Shown: positions 61,948 to 64,000 of the stretch, one piece after another | Position numbering within the stretch: the stretch's first letter is position 1 | Layout: each line of letters begins with the position of its first letter | NCBI GenBank assembly: GCA_051530055.1 | Contig: CM121343.1 | Coordinates: 2,512,389-2,576,388, forward strand | Source of the DNA: Neoechinorhynchus agilis | Lineage: Eukaryota; Animalia; Acanthocephala | Direction of reading: 5' to 3' | DNA: 64,000 nt | Program-made: the position numbers and the translations under genes | The notes under the pieces: generated by a model | Database searches by the model: none | Seen by the model: only the letters and a program-made list of their open reading frames with translations | Told to the model about the DNA's origin: nothing

Positions 61948-62323
61948 CTTGCCACCCGAATTTAAATGCAATGATCTATCTCCGATATTTAGTCAATTCC
62001 GACATCACCAAAGTTTGTCATCGTTTTAGTTAAAATCAATGAGTATGTGGAAGTGGGGAAATATTATACATCAAAGAATCACTTTAATTGAAATATTTCG
62101 TCCAATCACACTGGACTTCTTCAGTCAATTTTGCGTCCAATCACACAAGAATTCTTCAGTAATTGACTAAAGAAGTCCAGTGTGATTGGATGAAATATTT
62201 CAATTAAAGTGATTCTTTGATATATAATTTTCCCCACTTCCACATCGTTTAAGTGCTTTATTCGCTCTTGACCAAATATCGGAAATAAATCAGTGAATTT
62301 AAATCAGGTCTGGAAAAACTACC
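61948..62323. mobile_element. MITE-like element containing a nested 201-bp palindrome (62045-62245)
   Basis: Outer arms gccacccgaatttaaatg...tccgatattt and aaatatcggaaataaatcagtgaatttaaatcagg; inner arms atgtggaagtggggaaa...gacttcttcagtcaatt and aattgactaaagaagtc...ttccccacttccacat. Confidence 0.75.
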
Positions 62324-62974
62324 AAATGAAAGTTTAGATTATATGGCGGAAATTATGAAGTAATTTATTAGTTCCGATATTTCAGCACAACCGTAAGATT
62401 GTGGCTCCGAAATATTGGACCTAATAGATTGCTTAAACTTTTTCGTCATATAAAATCGTGAATAATTCAATATTAAAAAGATAATCCAATTCTCAACCTT
62501 CGGGTTTAAAGAGGCGACGCAGGTTGTCTTCGTGCCCCGGAACAAAGTGGCAAAATGTGAATGAGGATTTCTAGGAACACGGGATGTTTCCTTCTATCGA
62601 CGTTCGATAAAAACCTCGAGACTCCCATTTGCGCAATGGATCTCTAAAAAAATATGTTTGATTCGAATGACTGAAGATATCGGATTTCGCGAAATACCAT
62701 AAAAGCTTTCACTAATAATGATTCTCCGGATTATCCACCAATAATGCTCACCTGTCTTCCATGACGTAATGTCTATCTGTGATTCTTTCGGTTCAACAAA
62801 AACCACGTCCGAGAAGCCGTACACCCAACGCGTACCGTTTCATCTCGTGCTCTTTTCTCATAGTGTTCAAGAGCGCGTGAATGGAAATGCCCACTAATGC
62901 GGTTCTAATGTTCAAAACAGTTAAGGAGGAAATGTTATTATCTTTAAAGAATCGTCAGTTGTTAATTTTGCATT

Positions 62975-63230
62975 TTTCGGCTCCACATGAGGGTGCCGTG
63001 CCTCTGACGCTGGCCGTTTGAATTAGGTATGACCTTTGATTGCGATCACCTGTGGCCTTAATTATGAGTTTCCCCAGCTCGGCGCAGAATTTGAGAGATG
63101 ACTCACCGAATGCCCCATTCGTTTCCACACCGAAAGGAAGGAAGATGTGAGACTTGCTCAACTCCGTGCATTTTGTCATCTTCCTCCTTTGGGCCGCTGT
63201 CCCTCCCGTTATGGACGAGGTATCACTTTG
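62975..63230 (-). mobile_element. CRE-like non-LTR retrotransposon 3' relic
   Basis: GGTAAQRRKMTKCTELSKSHIFLPFGVETNGAFGESSLKFCAELGKLIIKATGDRNQRSYLIQ follows the REL endonuclease C-terminal pattern. Confidence 0.8.
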
Positions 63231-64000
63231 GTCCTCGGAAATTTATGGTCTTTCGAACGGTGTCGTCGTCATTATTTGCTCGAGAAATTGATTGTTTGCA
63301 GAAATGTTTGATTTAATTTTTAATTGAACCTCAATAACCTCTCACTTTTAGCAGTCGAAATGCTGAAGCTCATTTTAAGTTATTATTATTATTATTATTT
63401 CACGCCTCATACAACATACACACAATCAATCTCTTAATTCCTCTTTCTTGCTTGATCTAATATGTCTCGGGCCCAAGATGGCTGTGAGTTGTGGGACGAT
63501 TTTAAGTGACTTGGAAGAACACATCAACGCCGTGATGTAAAAATGGTGAAAAATACTATTTTATAGCGAAAAAAGTAAACGATGAACATCTTTACAACCT
63601 AAATAATATTACCGACTTGTCAGAGGGCAACCTTTTGTTGCCAGTTTCTTTATCCAGGAAAGTTGAACTAAAAAATGTTCAACTGAGATACTCTAAGAAT
63701 ATTACACTGTTTGATATTTAAAATAATCGCCTTTTGCTTATCTCCCTTGCGGTTGGGTCAAGTTATTTGTCGGTAATATTTTAAATTTAGTAAGCTGGTG
63801 TATTGTCGACTGATTTCTCCTTTTTTTACAATTTGAGCGGTTGAAACAAATGATTATTTTGGACCGATATTTCGGAGTTTTACTCCTACTTCAGAGTCCT
63901 GAAAAGCACACGCGATCTGCAAAGGTAGAGTTAGAAAAAGGTCAGTGAGGAAGTCAACTCATCCATTTGGTTAAGCACAAAAACGCATCTCACGTTGGCC

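Overview
Eukaryotic (invertebrate animal-like) AT-rich DNA with mostly very short introns (about 43-58 nt). The species cannot be named from sequence alone. Genes reconstructed by hand: an intronless protein with five TFIIS-N-like helical repeats, a lectin-like/CUB/TM receptor, Tob, a type III single-pass membrane protein, the choline transporter SLC5A7, an inactive trypsin-fold protein, an SLC10 symporter, a TINAGL1-like inactive cathepsin B, a calexcitin/SCP-like domain fused to a long low-complexity tail, and a His/Cys/Pro-rich protein; there is also an SLC22-like pseudogene. Three tandem arrays lie between genes: 158 bp; 87/91 bp with 178-, 439- and 2555-bp higher-order periods; and about 108 bp. 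Other repeats are an LTR-less Ty3/gypsy core bracketed by satellite monomers, relics of CRE-, RTE- and CR1/L2-like LINEs, several MITE-like inverted repeats and a local duplication. No rRNA, convincing tRNA or CRISPR array was found. All family assignments come from motif recognition, not database searches.
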